A stretch of DNA of 64,000 bases, taken from Phoronis australis. Taxonomy: Eukaryota > Animalia > Phoronida. Positions 51,948 to 64,000 of the stretch are shown here, piece after piece. Location of the stretch: NCBI GenBank assembly GCA_002633005.1, contig NMRA01000785.1, positions 82,573 to 146,572 of the forward strand, read 5' to 3'. The position numbers and the translations under genes were made by a program. How positions within the stretch are numbered: the first letter of the stretch is position 1; every line of letters starts with the position of its first letter. The notes beneath the pieces were generated by a model, which saw nothing but the letters and a program-made list of their open reading frames with translations, was not told where the DNA came from and made no database searches.

Positions 51948-52819
51948 TGAGCCTAGCTAGGTGGCCACTATATTCTCTCGTCTTCTGATGATGCTGCTAC
52001 TTGTTATCACGGAGAAAGTATTTAAAGCAAAAAATATTAATTTTCATGACGCTCGTCACTTTAGTTAAAACTTCATAAAACGGGTTTTATCTCAAGTGAC
52101 TCAGTCCAAACGTAAGCCCAATTATGCTCATTCAAGACTCTTAGGAAGTGTTTATGTTTAGTGATATACTTTCACTATCGAAGCTCTACCGCTTTATAAA
52201 TACGTGCATATAAATAAAAAAAAATTATCCCATACGTGTTGAATCAATCGAGGGGAATACCGCCATGTTACAATGTTTTCCGAATTCACCTCCCTCACTA
52301 CTTCAACAGTAACATCTGACGTGGAAAGTTCAAAAGGCGGGTCCATGTTGACTCGACGTCGTTAGCCGGTTCAATCATCAAACTTTTCAAATATACAGTT
52401 GCAACAGTGTAAATAACACTCGACATGCAATCAGGTCCAAGACGAAACATCTGGTACAAAACTATTAATTATATGACACTTCTGTCTCAGTTTTCAATTG
52501 CTAAATATTATATCGTCTGCAACTCAGGCGCGGATAACTCGGTAACTACAATAACAAGTATTGTTGTTATTTAACTATTTTCAGGAAATATTACAAGTTC
52601 AATACTTAATAACCGCTATTGTCGTATTTGTTATCTCTTTTCAAGTATTAAATCGTTACATTTAAAACTGTTTCTTTTACTAGAGAAAACTTGCAGCCTA
52701 ACGCGCAAGTATACATATATATAGGATGTGATCCGCCACGTGAACAGTCTGAATGAAGTATTTATAAATCTGAAGAAAAAATGAGAGAAACTTAGGTATT
52801 CGAAGCGTATTGGATGAAA

Positions 52820-52937
52820 ACAAAACGTACCTCGATTGGCGTACATGAAGTAATATCCCGTCTTCGGTCTCGGTTGATACGCAGAGTAAAGTCTTGTGGG
52901 ATATTACTGCATGTACGCCAGTCTCGGTACGTTTTGT
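52820..52937. repeat. Inverted repeat with ~40-bp arms
   Basis: ACAAAACGTACCTCGATTGGCGTACATGAAGTAATATCCC ... GGGATATTACTGCATGTACGCCAGTCTCGGTACGTTTTGT. Confidence 0.8.
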
Positions 52938-55900
52938 GTATATACTTTAGTCTTAAATGTTCCGTGGTTTGAGCAATTACTCAGTAATGTCCAATTGTGT
53001 TTAAAAATCATCATTTTTTGATATTTTTTTCTGAGCTCTTAATGTGAATGCTTATCACGCTCAAAGTCTTTTTTGTGTGCACAATATGTGACTTTGTTAT
53101 TCATTATTTATCATTAACCTTCCTTTAATTAAGCATTGTTTCACCAATGTACTTACGCTTCGTGTTGTCATAAGTTTCATGACTATAAATTAAACTAGTG
53201 AACGTTTTTGTTTTAGGATTCCACTGTCAGATCAACGACCATAATAATATGCGCAAAAACTGTATGCCATTTCATTACAGTTCCAATGCGACAAAAATCA
53301 AGTCTTCAATGCAGTGACCTATGCTAAAAAATAATTACGTTTCTGGCCAGAACGGTGACATACTATCCACGCGCCAGGCGCCAAGGTCATAGTAGAAGAG
53401 CGCCCCCTGGCACCAGGGTCACAAACTCGTTTAAACAAACCGAACAGTGTACCTTGTACTTTTATAATAATCCAAGCCTTGAGTAGATAAATGATCCTTG
53501 AAGTTGTTATTATCATGAAAAACAACGCACTACGTGTATGAAATCGTTCACTTTTCCGTTTTCCACTAATGCCGGGTGCCAGGTCACAGAATTGCAGAAC
53601 TGCAGTCACATTGGGCGCGTCATTCTCGCAACCAAATTTTAACTGTGCACGTGCTGCACATGAAGATCCCTGTTAGTTTGCTCACTGGAATACTACAAAC
53701 ATGTTATCAGCGATACTCTAGTATCATAGGTATCGTACGTGTACAAACAAATGTTATACATGTGTACATGTATGTGCACCGTACGGACAATTTGTCACAA
53801 TTTTGAAGTTGCGACGATTGTGACGTTATGACAATTACGCTATGAACTGTGCACTTCAGGCAATCGAAATGTGGATAGATTTCTGCATTCGGTGGCATAA
53901 TTGCTAATCCATGGGGTCCACTAACTTATAATCAAATGTTTTATTCACCTTTGATTATAAACCGAAACTAGTTTATTTTCTCTGTTTTCAGAACCACTGG
54001 AAATTGGTTTTATGCCTTAAAAGACCAAAAAGCATTAAGAACACTCCATGTTTGACATATAAATAATGCATTTAATTGTAGCTCGAAAGGCAATGATAGA
54101 AATGAGGCACCAGTTTATACCTACTCGGTTTTGGTCTGTGTTTTTTTTTGGAAAATCAAAGCGGCCAGTTTATTTATTTATTATTTATTTATGTAATATT
54201 TACAACGAGGGTAGCCCCATCAGTTCGCATTGCTTTCCATGGGGGCCCTCAGTTTATAAGGTGTTTCCTTTTTTCACAAAGAAAATTTACCATTGACGAG
54301 CACCTTTTTCAAAAAGCACTTGGGCGTAGCTAAACTTGATGCTGGCTTTAGTCACATGATGTGAATGTTTTATTAAAACTGTTCACGACAGTCAGTCATT
54401 GCATTCATTATCGTCGTTTTCGTATGATAGAGAGACTACTTCCGCATTTTTCTTCAACAAACACTGCGAACAGTTTTGTTGAGAACCAATTTTGCCGGCT
54501 GAGCAACGGGCATCAAACTACGGGCAGGTGTGTTCAAATCACGTACTACGTCCAAAAATAAATAAAATAGATGCTGGAATGCCGTGCAGCTGCTGACGAA
54601 TAAGAATATAAAATACTAAACCTAAGACGACGAGCGTGGGTACTAAAATAATGTCAGTACCGACGCTCGTCGTTGTACTTTTACTAAGTAACGCGTTAAA
54701 AGTGTGTATGACGGTCATTGAGTGGTTTTAACGGTTTTACAGTCTGCCCGTTGTAAAGTCTTCGCTCCCATGAAGTTCATTAGGTTCGGTTTCATCCGGG
54801 ACACCCATCCACAAATTTCTTGTTGCATGTGGACGTCATCTGAGTTAGCCATACCGCATATCACGTTTTTCTTGTTTTGTATTCTCCTGCACTGATGTAT
54901 GATAAACAATTTACCCAGTTAATTACATACTAAATTAATATGTGATTTTCAAATCAGAGAGTTGCTGGCCGTAGCAAAGTTTGCAGATGTGAAGATGATG
55001 GTAATTGAAATTTGAAATTGCCGGTAGAACATGCTTAGACTACCATTACAAGGTCTTATGCGGGTAAGAACGCAGTGCTCACTTTTGGGTGATATCTCCG
55101 TTTAATCTTGACTTAGTTGGCAAATATGGTTCATTCAAACAAAGATTGTATAATGTTACAGCGTGTGGCCAACTCGCAAAGACACCTCATTGTAGCAGGT
55201 GCGCTCTAATAAATTTGCCCGAAGCTTTTGCAAACCAGGCAACTTCATGCATCCTGGGGCGGATAATTACTGTATATAGTTCTCTGACACTGGTGGTGCG
55301 ACGAGTTCTTGAAACCACGGGCGTATACGTTTTAAGCTAGAAACCAATTACATAGTGGTTCATAGGTCTGACCGAGTGAAACGCTCAACCCCCGGGACGA
55401 AGCGCACGGTGGACAGAGCGCAGACGGAGAGCTTAGCGTCTCAATCGAACGCTAAGTTAAATTAGCTCATACGAGCACCGACATGAAATGTTTCGTCGCC
55501 GTGGAGTTTTCGTTGCTATTCCTGTACATGTGTAGTACGTAAATATTTGTAACCTGTTTCAGCTAAGTACCAACGCTAAGCCAATTACGTTCAGTAGCCA
55601 CGGACAATAAACAACTACATGTATTCTCTTGCTCCCTCGACCTATTTTTCACTATAGTATTATACGAGCATAGTTCACGTGTCAGTACCCATGTTGACTC
55701 GGTGACTGCAAGTAACGATGACGGTAGTGAACTCGGGGCTAATTAATTCAATAAAAATCTCATTTCCTCGCCAGTCTTAACGCGTAGCGAACTGAAAACA
55801 CAAGTCATTCTGCTAACGCAACCGCTAGCCTTGATGGTTAATACTCATACTAACAATTGCCGAACGTTTAACAATAAGCCAGTGTGGAAGCAATGCTAAA

Positions 55901-57129
55901 CCGTTCAATAGGGTGTTCTAAATACAAATAATGTTGTGAGTTGGGTTTGAAGGCTTGACCGTTTATGCACCAAAGGGTCTGCTATGTTATGAAGCGGTCT
56001 GGTGGTCGGATAAATGGCGTTGGACGAAAACTCCGAGGACGCAACGAGCAGAGATTTCACTAGAGGTTCAGTATATGGGTTCTGTTCTCGAACTATTTTG
56101 CCAACCATCAATGTGGAAACTCAATATATAGTCTGTTTGAGGTGGGAATTTAACCACCTGAAAATGGGCTATTGCAATTGAACACCACTGTTTTGGCATA
56201 TTGTTACTCCGACGTCACGGAAAACATAATTATCTGACTGACAAAAGATCCGGTCGTTAGCAAGAAAACTTACCGAAGACAGCAATGAACAATAAAATGC
56301 ATACAGCATGTAGCATATTGTACATCGGATACGTTCAGAGACGTAGGCGGTTACGAAATATAATTGCTTGTCTTAGAACATATATCGTCAGAGCGAATCA
56401 ATATGAAATGCAGATCGTCCCGTTCACCACAAGCTCAAATCACGCAGGGTCACTCACCGCCTCACGTGTGACACCATCATCGAGATTCAAGGATTTCCTT
56501 CCACCGACTGCGACACCGTCATGACTGCACTGTAGACATGCCAAGTGATGAACAGGTTGACCTGCGGGGCTGTATTATAAGCATAAATCATGGAGGCCAT
56601 TCATTCGGCCGACGCTAATCTACAGAGTGGGGAGAAAACACGCAGACGTTTAGCGCTGTGGCATGCGTCCATGGCTTTGGGCACGCGTCCACACCGTGTT
56701 GGACATGACATGGATGCACCATTTATGTGGATGAAAAAAATCGTTTTTCGTATTATCTTACTAAAATATAGCTACATATACACCACTTACGACCTTAGTT
56801 GGAAACATTTTGCCTCTTTAATTGTTTGTCCGATACCATATGGTTTGGTATCGATGCATGATCTGCTGAATGATCAATGCGTAGTGGTAGTAATAATGCT
56901 TATTTAAAAGTCGGTGAGATTTAACCATGAACGTTAGTACTAGTGCTATTATCAGACAAATTTAAAATCTACAAAATGAAAACACAGAAATAAAATACAA
57001 GCTAATTCTACAGTACGGAGAATATACAGAACTTAAACATAAATATATATACAAAAGTACATATACATGTTTCGCAGCGTGTAGACATCCGTATAAGTTT
57101 TCACAAGAGCAGATCCCAGAGAAAAAAAA

Positions 57130-57445
57130 TCATGAGCAAGAGTGGCAAATTCCGGTAGTACATTGTCTCATTACTGATGGCAATGAGTTCCACAGCAAAG
57201 TACCTTTATGGGAGATTGAGTTACACCCGTAAGTCATGGTATTAAAGCGTTTCACACTCTCCAAATTCAAGTTTCCTGACAAAGGACGGGGTCCAATAAC
57301 ATGCACATTTCTGAATACTTCAATAGATAAACATTTCATCCGCCAACTAGTTAGAGAGCAGCTCCTAGCCTTATATAGGAGCTGTGAGTAGCTTGACTCC
57401 TGTGTCATTGAGCACAAATTTTAAAGCACGGTGTTGTATCTTTTC
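57130..57445 (-). mobile_element. Degenerate 3' fragment of a CR1/L2-type LINE ORF2 (region downstream of the RT core)
   Basis: The minus strand reads EKIQHRALKFVLND, then after a frameshift SYSQLL...R...LSIEVFR...YGCNSISHKGTLLWNSLP. This is typical of the CR1/L2 ORF2 C-terminus. Confidence 0.75.
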
Positions 57446-58824
57446 GCAAGAGTATACAAGCGGAACATCAAAAGTTGCTAAAAGCATGTCCGTCAAAGCA
57501 ATTCCCAGCGATTTACAAGTCATAATATGTGGTGAAGTTTTAAAGAGAGTAAGTACAAAGAGTGTTTCTTTTCTCCCAGAACATACAGTAGATTACAGCG
57601 ACTTCCTCTAAAACCGAAAATGCCTCTCAAACAAGGGTAATTATTGCAAGGATAACATAAGAGTTGCGTCCCCCTTTAAGGATTATCCACTACGGACGTT
57701 AAGTGTCACGTGCATTCATGGAGCACCAACGGCGAGTCATCAAAACAGGGCGTCCCAAAAATATGAGCAAACAATTCGAAATTATTAGTCCCAGCTCATG
57801 GATCCAATTCTACGAGTTCCACAGGTCCAGGTATCAAACTCAAGCAGTTTCACAGGTCCAAAGCAGATATCAATTTATACACCAATGCAGGAGACGGAGA
57901 ATAAGTAAACATACTGCTTCTGTGTTATCTGACAAATCACGTTATTTAATTTATTGAGTTTAAAGGGAAAGAATTATGAGACTTCGCAAACATCCCACGT
58001 GGTCACCTCACGTGACCTACAGTTAAGTCTGAAATGATAATGTTTGTTAATATGATTCCTATTGGTCTGACTGGATTAAATAATTGACCCGCGGTCCCGA
58101 TAGTTCAGAGGATTGGGCGTTTGCACTAGTAGCACTCTACATGTACATGTGATGCGACCAACTGCTGGCGGGTATTGGAATGTAGGGTTAAACGACTCAA
58201 AAATAACTGACTCGCGTTTCTTAAATATTTTTTTCTGCTTGTGTCCGAGGTGAATTAGGCAACTTATCAGTTGTGAGGAACCCATGTAATTGGGGAGTAG
58301 TCAGGACTTAAGGAAAATTTTCCTCGCAGCTCCCAATATACCGGCCACTGGTGTATGTTGGTAACAACCGCTGTTTCAAATTTGTCTCATTGAACACTGG
58401 GCAGAACTAAAGCCTTCAATCGACAATTTTCATAAATTTGAACTGTCTGTCCGGCTATCCGATCAGAGGTCGCAACCGTTGTCCCAAATACATTATGTCA
58501 ACGGAATATATTATTCACCTGAACGAAGACAGTCCGTAGAAACATTACTTTACACAGTAAGTCGACAAAAGTGACATTTCTATCTATGTATACAGAGAAT
58601 CTAGGCATATTTACGATGGGGCTGTTATAGTCAATTTCCCGCGCGGAGCTTTCGTACAGTATGGCCAATTTGGTGTCCCTTGAACCGTGACGTCACATGA
58701 TTTAGAATAACGGGAACACCAACAAGTTAGCGTCGATCGTTTTGTATCCAAAAGTTAGCTTCCAGGCTCTACTGCTTCGTCATAGCTGCACGAAGAAATT
58801 ATTTTAACGAAACCAACTCAGTTT

Positions 58825-59055
58825 CAGTGGCAGATCTACGTTTTCAGTAAGGGGGGTGGGGGGTTAGGATTCGAGTGAATCCGAGGCGCGTAGCCGAGCG
58901 GAAGGAAGGGTGGGAGGGGGAAACCCTCCCCCGTAACTTGCATTTTTGTGTTTTTTAGTAGCTGATTTCATTTTTCATACGAAATTAATTTCAATTTTAT
59001 TTTTGATCCTGTCCCGAAGGGGTTGGTTTGAACCCCCTCTGTAGATCCGCCTCTA
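58825..59055. mobile_element. Non-autonomous TIR element (CAGTGGCAGATCTAC...GTAGATCCGCCTCTA), 5-bp TSD AGTTT
   Basis: AGTTT at 58820-58824 and 59056-59060; homologous to 40751-40985 in the opposite orientation. Confidence 0.8.
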
Positions 59056-62000
59056 AGTTTACTCTAATTACTTATGCGACGATAGCGCACTGAAACCAAT
59101 TTACTCACAGTAACTGCATAACATTAGTTAAATGTATCTAATACGAGAAAATTAAAGCAAAACGCCTCTTTGCAATGGAGATTAGCGTATGACCCGCATG
59201 TGCTTGCCTTAAATGTCCTTTACCAAACGGGTCCGTGAAGGATCATTTGCAAGTGACGCACGAATGTAAAATCTCCCGTATTACGATGGTAAAGAATGAG
59301 AAGCTATCGAATTGTATGTATTTGGATTTAAAATTCTTAGGTCATTAATTTGTGTATGCTCAACTAAACACTGACTTCACTGGGCATGATTTCGTCATTA
59401 GTGAAATTTGGTTCTGTTTCGATGGTCCTGACATTTAACCTTTAGTGTAAATCATACTGCTTACTACACTATCGCGTAAACATGCTCCGATGGAACATAT
59501 CTTCGAGCTGTCATATGAATTGTTTTTTTTTCCGTAGCCCTAATATCTTTTGTGACAACCTCTGTTGCGACCCCTGACCCTTGATTATCGACAATCATGC
59601 GATGATGTGAAAAACTGCTTCAACTGAAAAAATCAATGCCTGTTGTGAGTTCATTGACAAACATGCCACTGGTTATAACGCGGTTTAGTTTTCTCCTGTC
59701 AGTTTTTTCGTAAAGCAGTGAAATCGCAGAACTTGCAAATCTAACAGATCGCATGGTATTGTTTTAAATACTGCTTCGATAGCCAGGGCCGAGTCTGATG
59801 TCATCGCCTTCGTTGAAGCACTGTTTTCGTTGGCTATTTTCGGTGATTCATCGTGGGCGGATATGTAGTCCTTCCTATAACCACTTATAATCATGACAAG
59901 CAAGAAAACACGAGTGTAAACTACTGATTAGGTCTCTGTTGTTCTGCTTGACCATTTTGTGTGTCTCGTGGACCTGCGTCTACGTTTTTTCTCCTGAATG
60001 AATCAGCCGTGCTCCCGCACATTATTTCTTGCGTGCTGACTTAAGGTGCCACTCCCCGCCCTCAGGCAACTTGTAGATCGAGTTGCTTGTCCGTTTTTGT
60101 AGCAGTTTCAGTTTTTAAATAAATTACGTGTATTTAATAAACACAAAAAATCAAATAAAAATAGTCCTCATTTAGCACGGTGAATGTCCCCCTAACAAAT
60201 TTCATTGCAAAAAATATTGGTACTTATTAAATCAATCTCCGTGTTCACGCAGGCGCAGCCTAGGAGGACAACTAACGTATTATTGAGCGCAGTTCAAGTT
60301 AATTGACATTTTCACTGTATCCATCCACAACCGTAATTTCAATTACAAGCTCATAATTTCTTTTGGTTTTAATTGTTATACATAAACTTACCAGAAACGT
60401 TTCTGTTTAAAACGAATGATCCAAGGAAGGAATGTTTTTATATGCAAAGGCTTCCACAGTTAATTTCTGCGAAGATGATTTTCATACATCGCTGTACGAC
60501 GAAAAAGAATGTTGAGCGAGTGTCTAGAATACTTTTCCAGATCAGGAAATAATGCGCAGGTACAGGGTTGACCCGTCTACGAGAAATATGTCCGCATGTC
60601 GTTAAAGCTAGGGGGCGGGGGAGGAGACTAAAAGAACGTCCGCGATAGAGGAATTTTATGCCCGGGCAAGACCGAACAGTGAACGGGCAGGGCACAGCGT
60701 GCAATGTAAGTGCCTTGATTATTTGCAGGGTAGGATCAGGCAACCTGCAAAATTCTCGAAATGTTTATGAACACAAATTCCTAAACTTGAAATAAACAAC
60801 GCATGTAAATATGCTTTGTACTAAATCGATATAATCGTGTGTCGCGTGTTATTTTATTCTCTTTTCTTTTAAATAATTATTTAGATGACCTTTGCCCATG
60901 CCTGATGACAATCTGAGTCAACTTACTTGGTCATAACCTGTTCGAAGACAGAATTGACCGTCGTCCTTACGTACTCGGAGCTCCCGCTATCGGTTTCGCC
61001 AGACATGATTTCTCCGCTGAATCAATCCATGTTTGTTTATTTCAACGTGTAATAGTCTGGATATTCTAGGCTTCCATGGAATAACAACCAGAACTGGTCT
61101 TAGATCTCCAGCAAAGCTTCAGAATATGAAAGCGGTTATACGTCGCGGAACCATTGGTTTCTGGTCAAACTAGCACGGGGAAGTGGCTTGATGCGGTTCT
61201 TTCCGACATCTTAAATTCCAGCCCACCAACCAATGACGACATCGGAATGTGTACGCGCTACATTAGTCTCCCTCTCAGTCCCGCTAACACAAGTTGAAAT
61301 TGAACCTAATAAAAACAATAGACAATAACAAGTGTATCTGCTGCGACAAAAGTTGTTCTGTGTGAAAAATTGTGGAAACATTTACGTAAGTTATTGAATC
61401 ATTTTTGGGTAAACCTTCTCCCAAAAACATACTCAGATTATGATCAACTCATTTACTATATGGACATTTATGATACGATAATAATAAGGAAGATAATTTT
61501 TATTGCATCACAATACCATGTGACGTAATATTCTAGGTAGAATACTACATTCTGGAAACGTAAATCTACAACAGTATAAAGCATAAACAGTACAACATTT
61601 GAAAACCAAGAGTGAAAAAGTCCGGGTTGAAAATTCCGCAGTCCAAACTGTTACCCTAATTCCTTGTTAAATGTACGTTTACGTAAACGTATATTTAAGT
61701 GTGTATATTAGTCAACGAAATATTAAACATTGCGGTCCTGGTAGCTTTATAACATTGGTCGTGTGCAAACTACTTAAGTTTGGAGACCTAATTTGAAACT
61801 CCCGAAAGAACTATATAATTACGTAAACAGTGATTAGGCTCTTCTTGTGAGAGTTTGCTGACGTTTGCTATATTATAGAGCAAATTCGTCTGCTACTGTT
61901 GCTTGGCATTTGAACCAGTATTTTTTGCCCAGCCAGCAGTGGTTTCTCAGGCTTGTCTGGTCGTCATTCTTAACCTTCTACCCTAGATCAATACTGGTCA

Positions 62001-64000
62001 CCTCAGTCTCAAAGTCTACATTGTACCTCACAACGTACATTGTAGAGTGACCCCCAAGAACCAAATATCGGCAATAGCTATCTGAAGAGTTGCTTTTTAA
62101 GTTCTGAGAATGGTTCTGGAGCTGATTTTCAATCCTTCAGCTATTTCAAGAGACAAGTCCGATGACATACACATGTAGTTAATTTCAACCTTAGCACAAT
62201 GATAGAGTAGTCAATTGCAAACAAAGACACTCAAAGTCCACGACTCTGATGGGACTAATCACAGCGTGGATATTCGATCGCCACAATATATACGAATTCA
62301 TTGTCATATTCACAATAAAGCAATCACATTTTTCTTACCCTTATTCGACTAATCGTAACATGGTTACTCGATCTCCGCTACAACAAACACGAACTACCAT
62401 ATCCCATGTGATTAAATGTAAATTAGAAGTTTCCACCCTAACCGATAATTGGGAGAGTCCATGCAGTCAACAAGATAGTAATGTCTTTATTTGCTGCTCT
62501 AATTTAAGCTCTACATTATAATCATTGCTACAGCATAAGTTACGCATTGAATGTTCCAAGTAGTCCAGGCAGCCAATTTCTATGTGTACAGGGCGATGAT
62601 CGAGCTAAACACCTATTTACTGATCCTAATTTATTTGTGTTTGCCATTATTTTGCTTTTAATGTTAACAACAGCTTGATGAGAAGCTCTGTCCAAACAGC
62701 AATTGATGCATAGAATAATACGACTTAAGCAAAACAACAACCTAGTCTACTTCCAGTGTCCAGCAACCCGAAGATATAAGTTCGGGTCCGTAGGCTTATT
62801 CGCTTCCTTACTTGGAAGGCCACGTGACCTGACTAGTCTGATAAGTACACTTAATGCCGTGCATGCACCACGAACTCACACCAGTGTAGTATACACGGAC
62901 AGGGAGGTCACCTGGCGAACATCAACGTAAATTTAACATAAAAATGACTTGCTATGATGAGGGGTCATTCCCGCGCCTCCGTGTTGGAAGATTAGCTTTC
63001 GTTTCTAAGTTACTCAACGTAATTTCTGAGATCACCCATAAAGACCAACCACCTAATGCCTATTCCCGATATAGTATTAGCCTAGCGGTAACCATGGTTC
63101 TAGTATGTGGGAAATACATTCGTGATCCGTTTTTCAAACTCTCTGATTACTTCGTCTGGAACACCTGTTACACCAGGTACATTTTGTTTTGTATTCGTAA
63201 ACAATTTGACAGTAATAATGACACAAATGAACAATGCAAGCGTTGGAACTAAACTGCAATTCAGCAAGTGGTTATATGAGAATTGCCGTTATTCAAATGC
63301 TCTGTATCTACAATGAGCAAACCTATATACAGGGAAAATATCGCTGTCGCTAATATTCGACATCACGTTTCCTCAAGATCAGTTAACAAAAAATATCACA
63401 CCTTTGTCACCAAATGAAACATACGTCAACATTTACTTTACTGTGTTTGTTCGCTCATTTTGTAAATACAATTACAGGCTTTGATCATGCTTTTAAGCGT
63501 CTCGAATGAGTTGTTAAAATTATGCCGGCTGGTTTAGCTACAGGCGGGTATGAATAGAGTGATAGCACCAAATCTCGTGTTTGTTTTTCCAATGTTTATC
63601 TGCAAATCCCTCAAGGGAACAAATTCAACAACAAGAACGCTGTACTTGCCGACTGATGGTATGCGAATCAGTCGTCAACTCTTGGCGACAGGATTTGTGA
63701 CCCAAGGTTACTGTGCGATTGCAAGCAGACAGTGGCGTGCTTGGCCATCGGCCGGTTGTTGAAATCATTTGTCCACGATATATGAATACATTTGGAAATT
63801 ATTCTAGTGCCCAAAGGTCGTCTAGTTTTGTTGTGTCTTAGGATGTCGACGAAGTCGGGTTTCTACTCTTTCGACCATATAACGTCCACGTTTAATGGCT
63901 AATTTAAGCCAGATAGTATCAAAGTACCGTCAGAGGCCCTAAAGTCGTGAGTGCCCTAAAGTCGTGAACGATCTTATTTCCTCTTCTGCGCGGTCCTGCG

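Noticed and set aside
51985-52020. CTGATGA...GAAA hammerhead candidate (also CTGATGA at ~4733 and ~60902)
   Set aside because: The stems required for a hammerhead do not pair convincingly.

Overview
Eukaryotic (metazoan invertebrate, probably lophotrochozoan; this assignment is an inference) genomic DNA with GT-AG introns, from a draft assembly containing single-N joins. Five spliced genes were reconstructed by hand: an unrecognised 3-exon membrane protein (1002-10245, +), an intron-containing orphan histone H1 (13155-13926, -), ZGPAT (12 exons, 21418-29449, -) head-to-head with C9orf78/TLS1 (9 exons, 29720-39528, +), and a 2-exon type II membrane protein with a DxD motif (41967-46718, -). 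The window also holds a decayed THAP-domain relic, a CR1/L2-type LINE fragment, several non-autonomous TIR element families (3-, 5- and 9-bp target-site duplications), a composite repeat with a tRNA-like core, Penelope-like inverted repeats, hairpins and minisatellites. Four near-identical tandem duplications each sit at an N and are most likely two allelic haplotypes scaffolded side by side. No prokaryotic system, CRISPR array or rRNA is present, and I cannot support a wholly new multi-gene system. The best novelty candidates are the two uncharacterised genes, the ZGPAT/C9orf78 bidirectional pair and the unusual repeat architectures.
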